DNA of 60,817 nt, counting the filler, from Platydemus manokwari (lineage: Eukaryota): NCBI GenBank assembly GCA_037951405.1. It is 6 parts of 6 records of this genome, joined end to end, with 100 filler letters (N's around TTAATTAATTAA, not from the genome) between each part and the next. Parts side by side here need not be neighbours in the genome. Positions count along the whole stretch, not along the records: positions 18,813 to 31,148 come from JBBMOY010183340.1; positions 31,249 to 42,448 come from JBBMOY010841089.1; 4 more parts are not named here. One strand, written 5' to 3'. The number at the start of each line of letters is the position of its first letter. Position 1 is the stretch's first letter. The notes beneath the pieces are model-generated. The model worked only from the letters and a program-made list of their open reading frames with translations. It was not told the origin of the DNA and did not search any database. The position numbers were made by a program, and so were the translations under genes. This document shows, one piece after another, positions 24,501-36,329 of the stretch.

Positions 24501-27500
24501 GTCGGTTCATTTAAAGAGTAATAATATCGATTGAATTTATCCTTTGAAAAATTTATTTATTTGGATTTGAGAAAATATGATTCCATATTATATAAAATAT
24601 TATTTCTTATTCCAATTAAGACCGAATATTGATTGGCATCTCCAAATGTTTAATTTTAATAGAGTTTTGTGGGTTGAGTTTAAGATTTGATAAAAATAAA
24701 TGATAATAACAGCTGCATAGATGTGATTATTTCCAGACACTGCAAACAGAGTGACGGACAACTGGATTATAAAATATTAATGAAACATAATAATAAAAGA
24801 AAATCAAATAAAACTTTTATTAAAATAATTTTCACGATTTTTGTTTGTCTGTGTTAAGTTTGATCAACGTTTTCTTAATGTTCATTTAATAAATCAATCT
24901 TAATAGTATTTAAATGGTTAAGCCTAATACTATTCGGCATTTAACTCAAGTCTATCTTTTATTAGACTCCTTGTCCAGTTTGGGTCGCCAGCAAAGCTAA
25001 AACATTAAGTAGGTTCTGATTAAAATGTATTTATGTACCAAAATACACTATGGTTGGGTTCAAGATGGACAAAAAGATTTAAAATTTATATGTATCTAAT
25101 AATCAAACAACTAATTGATTGCGTAATATTTACTTAAGAATTGCAGGAGATCATACTACTACAATATCATGACACTACTCTAAACAAGACAGAGTACAGA
25201 AGGAAAAACGCGAGCACCATTGAAACCGTTACCTGATGCACTGATGAAAAGAGTCGCTATGGACATCGTGATGCTTATAGAAATGCGAAGCAAAATAAGA
25301 GTGCGTATTATTCTATTTAATGTACCTCCTAACCAGTCATTTGCCAACAGATATGGAAATTACACCCTAGCTCTTACAGTACATTGACGACGAGGACTAT
25401 GTCACTGTGATGAACGAAAGACTATCGGAAGCTTGGATAAAGGATAAAATAAACTTACAATTAGCTCACGAGCAAATGAAGGTCTCCTATAATCAAACAG
25501 CAGATCGAAGCACACTAAAAGTTGGGGATAATGTGATGCTTGAAAGTAAAGCATGTACCCGAGGAATATCGCCCAAGTTAACACCGCCATACATTGTTGA
25601 GAAAGTTAAGGACACCAATTTGGGTTGAATCAGTGTGAGTTCACATTAATCGATATAAAAAGTACATCGAAACAAATGAAAGTATAAATAGCGACAGGTA
25701 CTCAACTTGAAATTAACACACAAACGAAAAGGAAACGGAAGCAAGACCTCAGGGAAGGTGATTCTCAACACTATCCACTACGTTCTCAATTACTAGCACT
25801 TAATATCCTAATTATATACAGATCATGATGAGCCGGACACAGGCCGCATCAGTTCCCCTCATCGACCATGAAACCCATAGCATGGAAGCAAACAATTATA
25901 CGACGGTATCCACTATCAAGCCCAGCAATGGATCCTTACGATTACAAGTTTTCCTAGGACTTGTTATAGTGATCATACATCAATGAGCATATCAAAATAA
26001 TCGAGTCACCGTATGTATTATCGAAAGGTAGCCATACGACTGAAGCCATTTGGACGAACTGTACGGATAATAATCGATGAACAATATATTTTCATATAAA
26101 GGAATTAAGCTCATACAATGCAATCGTAGAGACTATTACCAGCTACGGGCAAAGAGAGCACTTTCTATAGCAACTATGGATCTGACGGGAGACGATGAGG
26201 AGAACGTCATGGATCTTACCGAAATGAAAGCGGACGACAGAACAGGAGATAGAGATCGAACTAACTCTAAGAAACACTGACGATTGACATTAATTTGATT
26301 TGACTTATTATGCCGTTATATCTAATTGACTTATTGTGTTATTATTCTATCTTCTTATAAGTCTTGTAATCCGAATAAGTTGAAAGCGTATATTTTGTAT
26401 GTATATTTTTATATATTTTTAACGTTATGTCCTGCCTTTCTACTTTGTGCTTCATTTTTCGTACGAAAATATTAAAGGAGAGAGACATGTTGGATATCAT
26501 ATATATCCGTGGTAAAATACCGTGCTTTAAGCGGCCGCTTATATTATTTTCCACCGAAAAAGGTAGGGCACCGCTTATATTTTTTTTACCGATTACTTAA
26601 AAAATCATAATATTTTTATTATAATATTTTTAATATTTAAAAAAGATACAGGCATTTTAATCAAACACAGTTAAATTGTCCTCTTCTGCGACATCTGTGA
26701 ATTAAGTTTATCTTTGACATGTGGTCCTAATCTCTCATTTTTAGCTATGAAGCTTTCTTCGAACGAAGCCGACTTGTCCAGATAGGACAGCCTTTAGAGC
26801 TTTTTTGACATGGTCATCATTAATTTTAGCCCATGTATTACTAACCGACTTGACTATTTCTTGTATATTCGGTTTTACAAAGTTCTCCTTTTCATTTCTC
26901 ATCATTCTCTTCTCAATATACTCTTTGATTTCTAATCTAAGATTGTCCTTAAATGGCTTATTTATCACCAAATTTAAACTTTGAAGATACCCTGTCATTC
27001 CAGCCAGCATCATTATTTGATCAACTACCGCTTATATTCGAAGGACCGCTTTTTTTAAAAGCAAAAAAACACGCAACCTCTAATATTCGGGATATCGCTT
27101 ATAATAGGAAAAACACAATAGTAATAAATACATAATAATAATTTTACAAATACTAAATACATATGAATAGTTAATTTAATTACATATAGAACAAATAATT
27201 ATGAAAATTTTAGTTCATGGGTCATGGGGACCATAATGGAAGTCATAAATCTAGAAATGCCACGGCAACACTGGAAATCTCCGAGTAGAAATGACTATGA
27301 TTAATTTAGCATAGTCATTCATTCTCAAGAAACATTATATAAACTAACACCAGTCAGTAAACGAAGACACAAAATTTTCACTTAGCGAATACATTCAGGT
27401 CAGTTCATTGTCTTCACTTGGAATTTTAATAATTCATATTCATTACTTGTCAGGATTAATTTTGCAGAATGGTAATTATTTTATTTATTTGTTTCATCAA

Positions 27501-30093
27501 TACATTTTCATCAATATCCGACAAGAGATTAGTTGGAAACTTTTAATTTATATCCCTACGAAGTCGTAAGAATTTGTAGATAACTAAAATCAATCATCAT
27601 CTTAGGTTTTTATTCGGAGAAGGGCGCCACGTAGACCTTCTGTCAATTGTTTAAAAACGCCTTCGGGACATATCGCTTCCGCTTTTAAAATTTCTAATGC
27701 ATATTCTAATTCTATTCAATAAAAGTATTAGATTGTTTATATTATCTTATTTCATATTCTTATCTATTATACTTGGTGGAAACATCAGCTTTCGGCTTTT
27801 AACTGACATTCATTAATTCAAGGTTTAAATCACTAGGTATAACTTTTTAATTTAATTTTCATCGATATATGCTTATAAAGCCCATTATTTTTCGATATTT
27901 ATTTAAGCTAGGTAATTTTTAATTAAACTCAGTGAATATCACTATTCCTTTTGGAACCAATGAGGCAACATTAATCTAATTTGACAGTTGAAGAGTTACA
28001 TTTGATTTTCAGTGACTTTTCATTTCAATATTATCGTGAATTGTTTCAATGTAATACTCACATAATACGCAGATCATTTTTGTCCAGAATTGAATGGGTT
28101 CTTGAGACAAGATTATTTAAAAACTTGAATGAATTAAAAATATTCTATTATTTCCGAAATGATAGTGAATAATAAGTGAACTTCTTATTAAGTCAAAGTC
28201 AGTGCATCATCAATCATTAGCATGCTATTAATAGGTATCAGGATGACTGGTCTAATATTTCAACATGACATTTTAAAACTATTTATTATCGCCAGACAGT
28301 AAGTATCATCAGCATGCAATTAGTATGTGAAGAAATATTATAATATTATTCTGAAACATTTTGATTTCAATACCATTGAATTCCAGGGAAACAATATCCA
28401 CATTCACTAATTACTATAAATAAATATTACGATAAATCTTAATCAAGTATTTTTGATCGATATCGTAAATTATGTTTTATCGAGTTATACATGATTGACA
28501 ATTGTAAAATTAACAAGTCCACAAATAAGACCGAATTGATAATCATTTATTGTCAGAAAGGATGTCTAATTCAATCACTGCTAGTATTAAGCCGACAATC
28601 AATTTATTCAACTTTTCACTCACCAAATGATCATATGAACCTTGTGCAATGGTATTTAAATTCCACTCAACTATCACAAATAAAAAATCAAAAAAATAAT
28701 TAATTAAATAGAAATTCGTTGATATAATAACTCAGTCTATCAGGAAAATTTCCTTTAATAATCCCAAGTAAAATTCTCATTTCTCGGTGACATTAATTAG
28801 TTATGAAAATAAGTTACAAAATGCAAAGTAGAACAAATAAATCTACAGTTTTGATCATGCATAGGAAATTTTCAGTGATAACAGTAAATAAAAGGAAACA
28901 AATAGCGAAAAATTGCTTTAATTCTGGATGCTTTTTTCTGAATTTAAAAGAAATACTACAATAATTTAAGGGCAATTCTATTAACAATATACACATTTGT
29001 TGATCTTTACTAGAATAATAGGATGTATTTATTGTTAGGAACAAATAATTTCGGACAACGCCTGAAGGAACAAATGACGTCGTATTTTTTCCAAACAAAT
29101 CATGTAAGTGTGAACTCAAAAATGCCGCCAAAAAACTAACAAAATAATTTTATCTTCTTTATTAAAGATTATCTATTTTATTTGGCTTTTGAATCAATAT
29201 TTTATGATTTTATTTATGAAAAATTATATAAAAATCACATTAAAATAAATGTAAAATGATGAAATCCGATTGATTTAACTTCTTTCCTTCCCTAAATTGA
29301 AGAAAAAATTTGTCTAAACTCTATGATTTAAGAATTTTGGTAATAAACACTTATTTTGTAGAGGGGTGATGAAAAATTAATTATTATTTTAACTTTTTCC
29401 CCATCGATATTGCTGATTCCAAGTGTTATATAATTAGATACCGTCAAGAATGTTTCTTCAAAAATAGTTCATCAATAATCGTATATATATATATAAAAGA
29501 TATTCTCCCCAACTTGTTTTGTAAATAATTTAAATATTTCATTATTAAGATAACCTACAGGTTCTCACTTTTATTGATTTAACCTGAAAATAATGAAAAT
29601 TGGATGCAATAATATCCAAGGTAAGTATAAGTCATTTCAATATACCTGTCAACATCTCCACTACTGTCGACCCCATGGACCAGATGTCAGCTGAAATACT
29701 ATATGATTCTCCCCTGATGACTTCAGGAGCCATCCAGAAAAAAGTGCCACAAAACGAATTAGCAAGACCGCCTTTATTGTTATTCCCACTGTTAACTGGA
29801 TCGTTGGAGTTGGACACTCTTTGACTGGCATTATGTATCGAAATACTTTTCAAGTAACGACTAGCTCCGAAATCACTCAGTTTGACATTTCCATCGATAT
29901 CTCTCAAAATATTCGCAGCTAATTATGAATGGATAATAACAATATTCTTTAACAACGAATAACCTTTAACATCTCTGTGGATTATCATCTTTTGATGAAG
30001 GAAGGCGAGACCTTGGAATATTTGTTTACTATATCGAGCTATAATGTTATGAGGTAAAGGTCCATACTGTCGAAGCTGGTCTTTGACAGAACC
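21534..30093 (-). CDS. STE11-family MAP kinase kinase kinase (MEKK2/3-like), 3' exons 30093-29964, 29918-29646, 21739-21534
   Basis: Spliced: [13 protein letters not shown]...[25 protein letters not shown]...[16 protein letters not shown]...[33 protein letters not shown]...PHERATAE; GT-AG introns of 45 and 7906 nt with consistent phase 1. Confidence 0.88.
22270..23180. repeat. Degenerate ~350-400-nt repeat in tandem, pyrimidine-rich on +; dispersed family
   Basis: Recurring TTTAAATA(C/T)AATTATATAAA...AAATTCTCA and AAAATCTGATTT(T/C)AAAATTTCAATTC; related copies at ~40540-40625 and ~57030-57420. Confidence 0.6.
25200..26517 (+). mobile_element. Decayed gypsy LTR retroelement 3' end (integrase fragments, extra ORF remnant, PPT, start of 3' LTR)
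   Basis: RAPLKPLP...KRVAMDIV (integrase N-core); [10 protein letters not shown]...KVGDNVML...[17 protein letters not shown] (GPY/F module); YPLRS tail ~25770; PPT AAAGGAGAGAGACA then TG at 26488. Confidence 0.7.
26518..27120 (-). mobile_element. Internally deleted pogo/Tigger (DDE_1) DNA transposon
   Basis: [20 protein letters not shown] matches pogo PGGxTxxLQPLDxxxNKPFK; ends TA-CCGTG...TAAGCG and (reverse complement) TA-TTGTGTTTTTCCTATTATAAGCG with TA flanks; subterminal CGCTTATA repeats. Confidence 0.75.
27900..28560 (-). mobile_element. Decayed non-LTR retrotransposon (LINE) reverse transcriptase remnant
   Basis: Minus-strand VLFVDL...TIVNH (~28530-28490, FLDLSKAFDTVNH-like) and LHADDT (~28320-28302, YADD-like) among many stops. 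Confidence 0.45.
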
Positions 30094-31117
30094 CTACAAT
30101 TTTAATGAAATTAAACCTGGTTAATTATCGGGAAAGCAGTAGTGTAAATATTGGTTATTATCACAATAAAATTATCTACAAATATGCTAAGCCTTATCCA
30201 TAAAACCAGTCTTTCGCTTCCAATTTTATGGATATTAAACATAAACATTTAAAACCGTGACACTAGCAATCCTTGACATTTCAAAGACAGCTCAAGTAAA
30301 AAATTTTAATGTTCACGAATTTTCTAAAATTCAAGTGCGCAAACACAATTTTAATAAATCAAAATTGTTAATCACCTAAATTATAAACTACAAAATGATG
30401 GTTATATACTATCAAGCAAAGCATTCTTCAAGAAATCTACAAAGGGGAATTTAAATACAAATATATTTTCCACTAATATACATTTGTCATATAAATCCCC
30501 GAGATATTCAGGAAATGAAAATATTTCAAACGTCTTGCAGTATCATAAGAATTGGAGATCAAATATAATTCATCAATCTATGAGTGCCTCATAGGAACCA
30601 TTGATATCCAAACTCATATTAGAACTTAATGCCAAGTAGCCATAATTTCCATAGATTTCATTTTTATACGACTTTGAAATAGTTTTTAAAAATCTAGATT
30701 TTTTTGATGAGATTTTTAAGTATTACCTAAAAATTTGAATTCAGAAATTTCATTCTTGATGAACATAGTTTGAAATTTTACGTGACGCCTACATTGACCA
30801 GATATTTCTGAGCTCAATACTTGAAAAGGATGATCTGATAATATTTCATTAATCACTTCCAACAAACACGATAATCAATGGAATCAAATGCAAAATTATC
30901 ATCTTTGACCCATTCTGATTTTAATCACCCCTCCAAACATTCAGTAGATATAAGATGGTTAATATTAAGTATTCTTAACTAAAGAAAATGGTTTTATGGT
31001 ATTTAATAAAAAATTCTATTTTTAATAGATTTGATACGCATCACTGATTTTATCTCTGAAATTTTTTTGTCACGTGAGATCTTGAGAAACGTATATCTAC
31101 ATCATAAAAAGAATCTA

Positions 31118-31118
<1 letters not shown>

Positions 31119-31148
<30 letters not shown>
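31119..31148. repeat. (TA)n microsatellite at contig end
   Basis: Direct reading. Confidence 0.95.
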
Positions 31149-31248
31149 NNNNNNNNNNNNNNNNNNNNNNNNNNNNNNNNNNNNNNNNNNNNTTAATTAA
31201 TTAANNNNNNNNNNNNNNNNNNNNNNNNNNNNNNNNNNNNNNNNNNNN
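31149..31248. other. Artificial contig spacer
   Basis: 44N-TTAATTAATTAA-44N. Confidence 0.98.
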
Positions 31249-31325
31249 TATTTGAAAAACTGCAATCAACCGCCAATCAATTATTTAAACAAACACCATG
31301 TGTTTATTTATTTAATCACGTTACT
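31249..31325 (-). mobile_element. LTR fragment of the same family as the 53112-56638 element
   Basis: TATTTGAAAAACT...CGCCAATCAATTATTTAAACA...TTTATTTAATCACGTTACT aligns to 56562-56638 and ends at the same boundary. Confidence 0.85.
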
Positions 31326-31663
31326 ATCACAAAAATACTTCATGGTTTTAAGATCTTCTCACTATCAGTTTAATTCTTGAAAATATTTGATAATTTAAAA
31401 AAAAAATTAATTATTAAAATGTTGTTTCGAATTTTAATGGAATCTATAATATCTATAATGTATGTTTTTAAATTTTTTAATTACATACAAGATTTATATA
31501 CATAATTGATAATAATAGTTATTATCACATAAAATAAATATATTAGTATTATAAAAATAATTGAAAATAAAATCATTAATATTGCATAAACATTTGATTC
31601 AATTAGTTAATAATCTATTTAAAAAATAGTGTAATTGGGATAATATAGTCAACCATTCTTATA

Positions 31664-32675
31664 ATGCTCAAAAATATTAACTATCAACATCCAAAAGGAC
31701 TAATTAAATTTCCAATTGGAGTTATAACACTATTAATAAAATTAAATATTCCAAGTATAGCAGCCGAAATTCTCTTAAGCGTCTCTGGATGGTTACATTT
31801 TTATTATATTAATGAAAATATTCTAGCTCATACTTACCCTCTCTACGATGCAACTGGGTTGAAGACAACTATTATTTATTGTTGGATGTTCATAACAATC
31901 ATTATATTAATGAATGTTGGAGATATGTATTTCATAGTTTTATCCAAACCTAAGAAATATACTCAATCTGTTTGTATTACAAGTTTAATTTTATTTTTAA
32001 TTGAATTAGTTACCACAAGTCCTTTAATTTTTTTTGTATTGTTAAAATCCAATAATATTAATTCAGAAAATGGTTATTCAATTCAAAATAATTTTGATAT
32101 ACTTTCCCGTGATTATTTCTTTCAAGTTAACAATACTGATACCGTTTTGTTGGATGATTTGCAATCATATTTCCAGTGTTGTGGGTCATTAAATTATAAA
32201 GATTGGTATAATGTTTTGAAACCAAATTTAACAGAAATTAGAATCCTGTTGAAGTAAATTTTTCACTTGGATTTCTAACAATAATAATTCTAATAGTTTG
32301 CAAGAAAATGATAATGAAAATAATTTATTTGAAATTTTTAAAGACAGCGTTCCTTTTAGCTGTTGTAATTGGTCAACTAGTGAAAGATGCATTCATATTA
32401 ATATCGAATTCCAGAAAACAAGTAGGACTATCCACACAGATGGATGCAAAGAAAAAATATTAAATACATTTTATCAAATATATGTAGCCCAAATTGTTTT
32501 GATTATTTTTGGAATTATAGTACAGGTGATCATTTTTCTAACTACTTATTATTTATTAGATTATTTTACAGGTGCCCTTTATAATAATTTTGCTTTCAAT
32601 AGTTCATTGGAAAAGACAAAAAGATTAAATATAAGCTCGCTACTAAGAAATCTATTCCAAATAAAAAATATTTGA
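31664..32675 (+). CDS. Tetraspanin, peripherin-2/ROM1-like; exons 31664-32253, 32297-32675
   Basis: Hydrophobic helices; large loop DDLQSYFQCCG..YKDW, DSVPFSCCN...RCI and DGC; 43-nt GT-AG intron restores frame. Confidence 0.8.
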
Positions 32676-32717
32676 TTTATTGGTTAAATATAGATTTATT
32701 AATATTAAAATTTAAAT

Positions 32718-33740
32718 ATGAAAAGTCATTCAAATATAGAACCTCTTGAATTATGTGTTTATAAATACTTGGATAATATGGAATTAAAACTGAAAAATAA
32801 AGAAAAAAAATTATCAGTTTTACCAGCTATAAGCGAACCCATCACTCTCAGAAAATCGAAATTCCAAACATATAGTTCTTTCATACCAGACGAATCACCT
32901 TACGTACTTGATATTCTTAAATGTTTAGTAAATTCAATTGAAAAAAATAGTCACGCCACATCATTATGGGATAAAAATGCATTTCGTTTAGCACGTAGAA
33001 GTGAAATTAATAAAATTGCTGTCGAAATTTTAGGAATTGAAAAAATAAAGGGAATAGAAATAATTCAGAAATTAATCAAAACTGCTACAGATGATACGAT
33101 ATTACAGATTTTTCGAAATATATTGAAACAATTTTTTCCAAAATTGATTCACTTTTTAAATGAAGATCTTATACCAGTATTATCATCTCCGTTATATGAT
33201 AGTACAATGAGACCAAATCCTATATTTCGTTCTATTGTAAAGCACGTCATATTAAGATCCAGTAGAACTATCATTGACACCGCATCATTTGTGATGATTC
33301 ATCTATTTCACATTTGGGAGTACTCTAACAATATGTTAGAAACAAAGAAGCAAATAATTAAAAACTATGGAAATTTAATAATATCTTTTGAGTGTACACC
33401 AATTTTAATCGATAAAGGCGATCTTTCAGCGGATTCGTGTTTACTTGGAATTATTTTAGAGACTACTAATGTTGCATTCTGGGACAATTTAACCAATCAC
33501 AAGGTGTTTGAAGCTTTCGAAATAAGATCAAAGTTAGAAAATAAGCTTAAAAGAAAGTTAAAGAAAACAAATCTATTCCCTGAAATACCAGGTATAATGA
33601 AATATGACACGCCTCATTTAAAAATGCCAGTAAGTTATTTTTTCCCGACTTGTTATGAAGTTTATGAGAACGAAGAAGAGGATTCTGATTCAATTTCTTC
33701 CTCAGAGGAAATTGAGATTGAAAAAGTCGATTTTAAATGA
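32718..33740 (+). CDS. Single-exon 340-aa protein, possibly a divergent RhoGAP fold, with acidic tail
   Basis: Long ATG-started ORF in AT-rich DNA; PYVLDILKCLVNSIE...NAFR...FRNILKQFFPKLI...FVMIHLFHIWEYS loosely follows the RhoGAP pattern. Family call is weak. Confidence 0.5.
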   Translation: MKSHSNIEPLELCVYKYLDNMELKLKNKEKKLSVLPAISEPITLRKSKFQTYSSFIPDESPYVLDILKCLVNSIEKNSHATSLWDKNAFRLARRSEINKIAVEILGIEKIKGIEIIQKLIKTATDDTILQIFRNILKQFFPKLIHFLNEDLIPVLSSPLYDSTMRPNPIFRSIVKHVILRSSRTIIDTASFVMIHLFHIWEYSNNMLETKKQIIKNYGNLIISFECTPILIDKGDLSADSCLLGIILETTNVAFWDNLTNHKVFEAFEIRSKLENKLKRKLKKTNLFPEIPGIMKYDTPHLKMPVSYFFPTCYEVYENEEEDSDSISSSEEIEIEKVDFK

Positions 33741-34799
33741 TATATACATAGTATTATAAACTTATAGTATTTTAAAATTATTCTGTGCCTGAAGTGTATC
33801 TTTAAAAGATAAATATAATTTTATTTACTATTTAAGCTATTAAAATATTATTAAAATTCTTATTATCATTGTTCTTGTGCTTTTATATATTAAATTAAAT
33901 ATCATGTTTATCATAACTTTAAGCATCATAATATTTAATTATAATTATAAATTACGGCATTTTATCTAAAAATATAAAATTTATGTCGAAATTTGGTTGC
34001 TTTTTGAAAACAACTTATGTGTGCAATGATACCATTTTGGTTTGGGAATTTGTGTTTTTATACTATTATGTTTTATATTATTATTTATGTAAATTTGAGT
34101 TTCTTAATTTAAAGTTTGACCTTGATTATAAAGTAGAATCCAAACTACTTGAACAACTACTTGAATGAACAAATTAACCTTTAGATATGTTCAAAAATCC
34201 TTTAATTCTCTGTTGGGGCTTGGGACTCAAAACAACTTTGTAAAAATACAATGATACGAAAATGATTGTGTATCGATGAATACAGGTTTTCTGCATGAAA
34301 TAATATTGGGTTAAAGACAATATAAATAAGATATAAAATAATATTGTATTTCCCTGTTTAAAATATCTATTAAAATAATAAAATTTAAAAACCCTTTAAA
34401 AATTTCCCTTATAATAAAAAAAATCCATAAATTAATAATAATAAATAACCCGCTATGTATTATCGCACATAGTAGATAAAATATTCGGCCAGAATAAATT
34501 ATTTAGCCATGTATTAAATAAATAACCCATGCATAAAATAAAATAAAATAGCTATGCATTTCATCGCAGTGAATTTCTCTGTCATAGTGGAAATAATTGC
34601 AGAGAATTCCTCTTTGCTACAATAAATTTCAGTGCAATAAAGATATATGCAGTGCATTAAATAAGTATTGGTAGAGAATATCTACGAATAAGTCATCGCT
34701 GACCATATAAGGCAATGACCGCAATTAACAAACGAACTAATACAGTGACACGATTATTGCATAGCTATTACATATGGAGAAGCGGGGTAATACATTACA

Positions 34800-35110
34800 T
34801 TAGTATTACGATCCTGTGGAGCAGAAGAAGATTCAATTTGCACAAGGGATCCAGAATTTGTATATGTCCAGTACTCGTACTGGAATAACATCAACGCCAT
34901 AGGAAGATCAAGTAAGATCCAATAATTATAAAATCATCTATAATTTACGAACAACCGCATATTCTTCTATTTATAGGTTTTGATCCGGTACATAATAGTT
35001 GGTTTTACTCCTCTTGGGAGTTTATAAACCGTTAAGTGCTTCTGGAATTGTATATAAAATATCTTGCGTTTATATGTGTAAAAGTAGTTTTATAAAACCA
35101 AATTTTTATT
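34800..35110. repeat. Unclassified decayed dispersed repeat, copy A
   Basis: Collinear similarity to 48430-48765: GAAGAAGAT, AGAT(C/T)AAGTAAGA, TATTCTTC(A)TATTTAT, TGCTTC..GAATTG.ATAT, GCGTTTA..TGT.TAAAAGTAGTT.TATAAAA.CA. Confidence 0.6.
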
Positions 35111-36329
35111 AAGTGTATAACTTTAATTAGGTTTATATCTGTATTTGGTGTTATAACAATAAAAGTATATTTAAACCATAAAGTTATTGAAATATTAAAT
35201 TGCAAGTGCCATTATGTTACAGAATCAGTTCTGCTCATAATATCATCAAAATTATCACATCGCCTTTTTGGCAAGGTACAGTAGAGGCAGTTAAAGGTTA
35301 AAAGATAATATAAAATCATTGAAGCAATTTCTAGAAATACTCATCCCGTCTCCATACGTTGATTAGAGTGAATAGAGGCGAATGAACAAAATAATATTAG
35401 GTTCTGTGATTACTCGTGGGTCATAAAAAACCCAGAGTAATTATAAGATTCAGATATTACCAAAGCGAATAAAAAATTAAATAATAAAACAAATAAATAA
35501 AAGACCCAAAAAACTTACTTCTATATACACATAATAAAAATAGAGCATTTCTTATTTGAGTTTAAAACAAAGCAAAAACATCAATATTTTCCAACTTAAT
35601 CTCCATTTCGTTAAAATTTTTTGGCCTTTAATTGTAAGATAACAGCAGAAACAGTTCTATAAGCCGAATGTTTTTCATTGGCACAATCGATTTGCATGTT
35701 TCAAGGCCTGGTAATATTAGTTTGGGTTCTTCTGCTGCCGCAGCATTTTCTCTTGCATTTAAATTATTGACAGAAAAATATATTTCAGGTAATAAAATAT
35801 TGTTGACAAATGGTCCTTGACAAAGATTTATAATGCCACCATAGATAATTATAATACGATTAGCAAATATCAATTAACAATTATTGAATAACAGATTATC
35901 ATGGTTTTTAATAATATTTTTAAGTAAGTTATTGTTTTGTATGGGATTTTGTTAGATCCTTGTGCGGAGAGCTGCACAAGAATTGCATAAGAATGGGAAC
36001 CTACAGAATCCGGTAACTATAACGACTAGATGAGTTGAATTTGAATGAGATTTTAGATTATTAGTAAACGAGTGATTGGACGAGATCCAAGTCACTTGTA
36101 ATTAAATTGTTCATAAAAAATTTCGTAATAAAATGCATTTAAATTTTTAGATTAGTAATAAAATTAACTGTACTTTATTTAGGACTTCTTGTTGAAAATA
36201 ATTCCTCTTCTAATCTGGATTGATAGTTGTCACTTTTATACAGTGGTAGTTGACTCTTCTGACAATAATAGTGTAAACTGTGAGTTTTTAATTTTATTAT
36301 TATATGTAATAAAATATCCTCTTGTGTTT

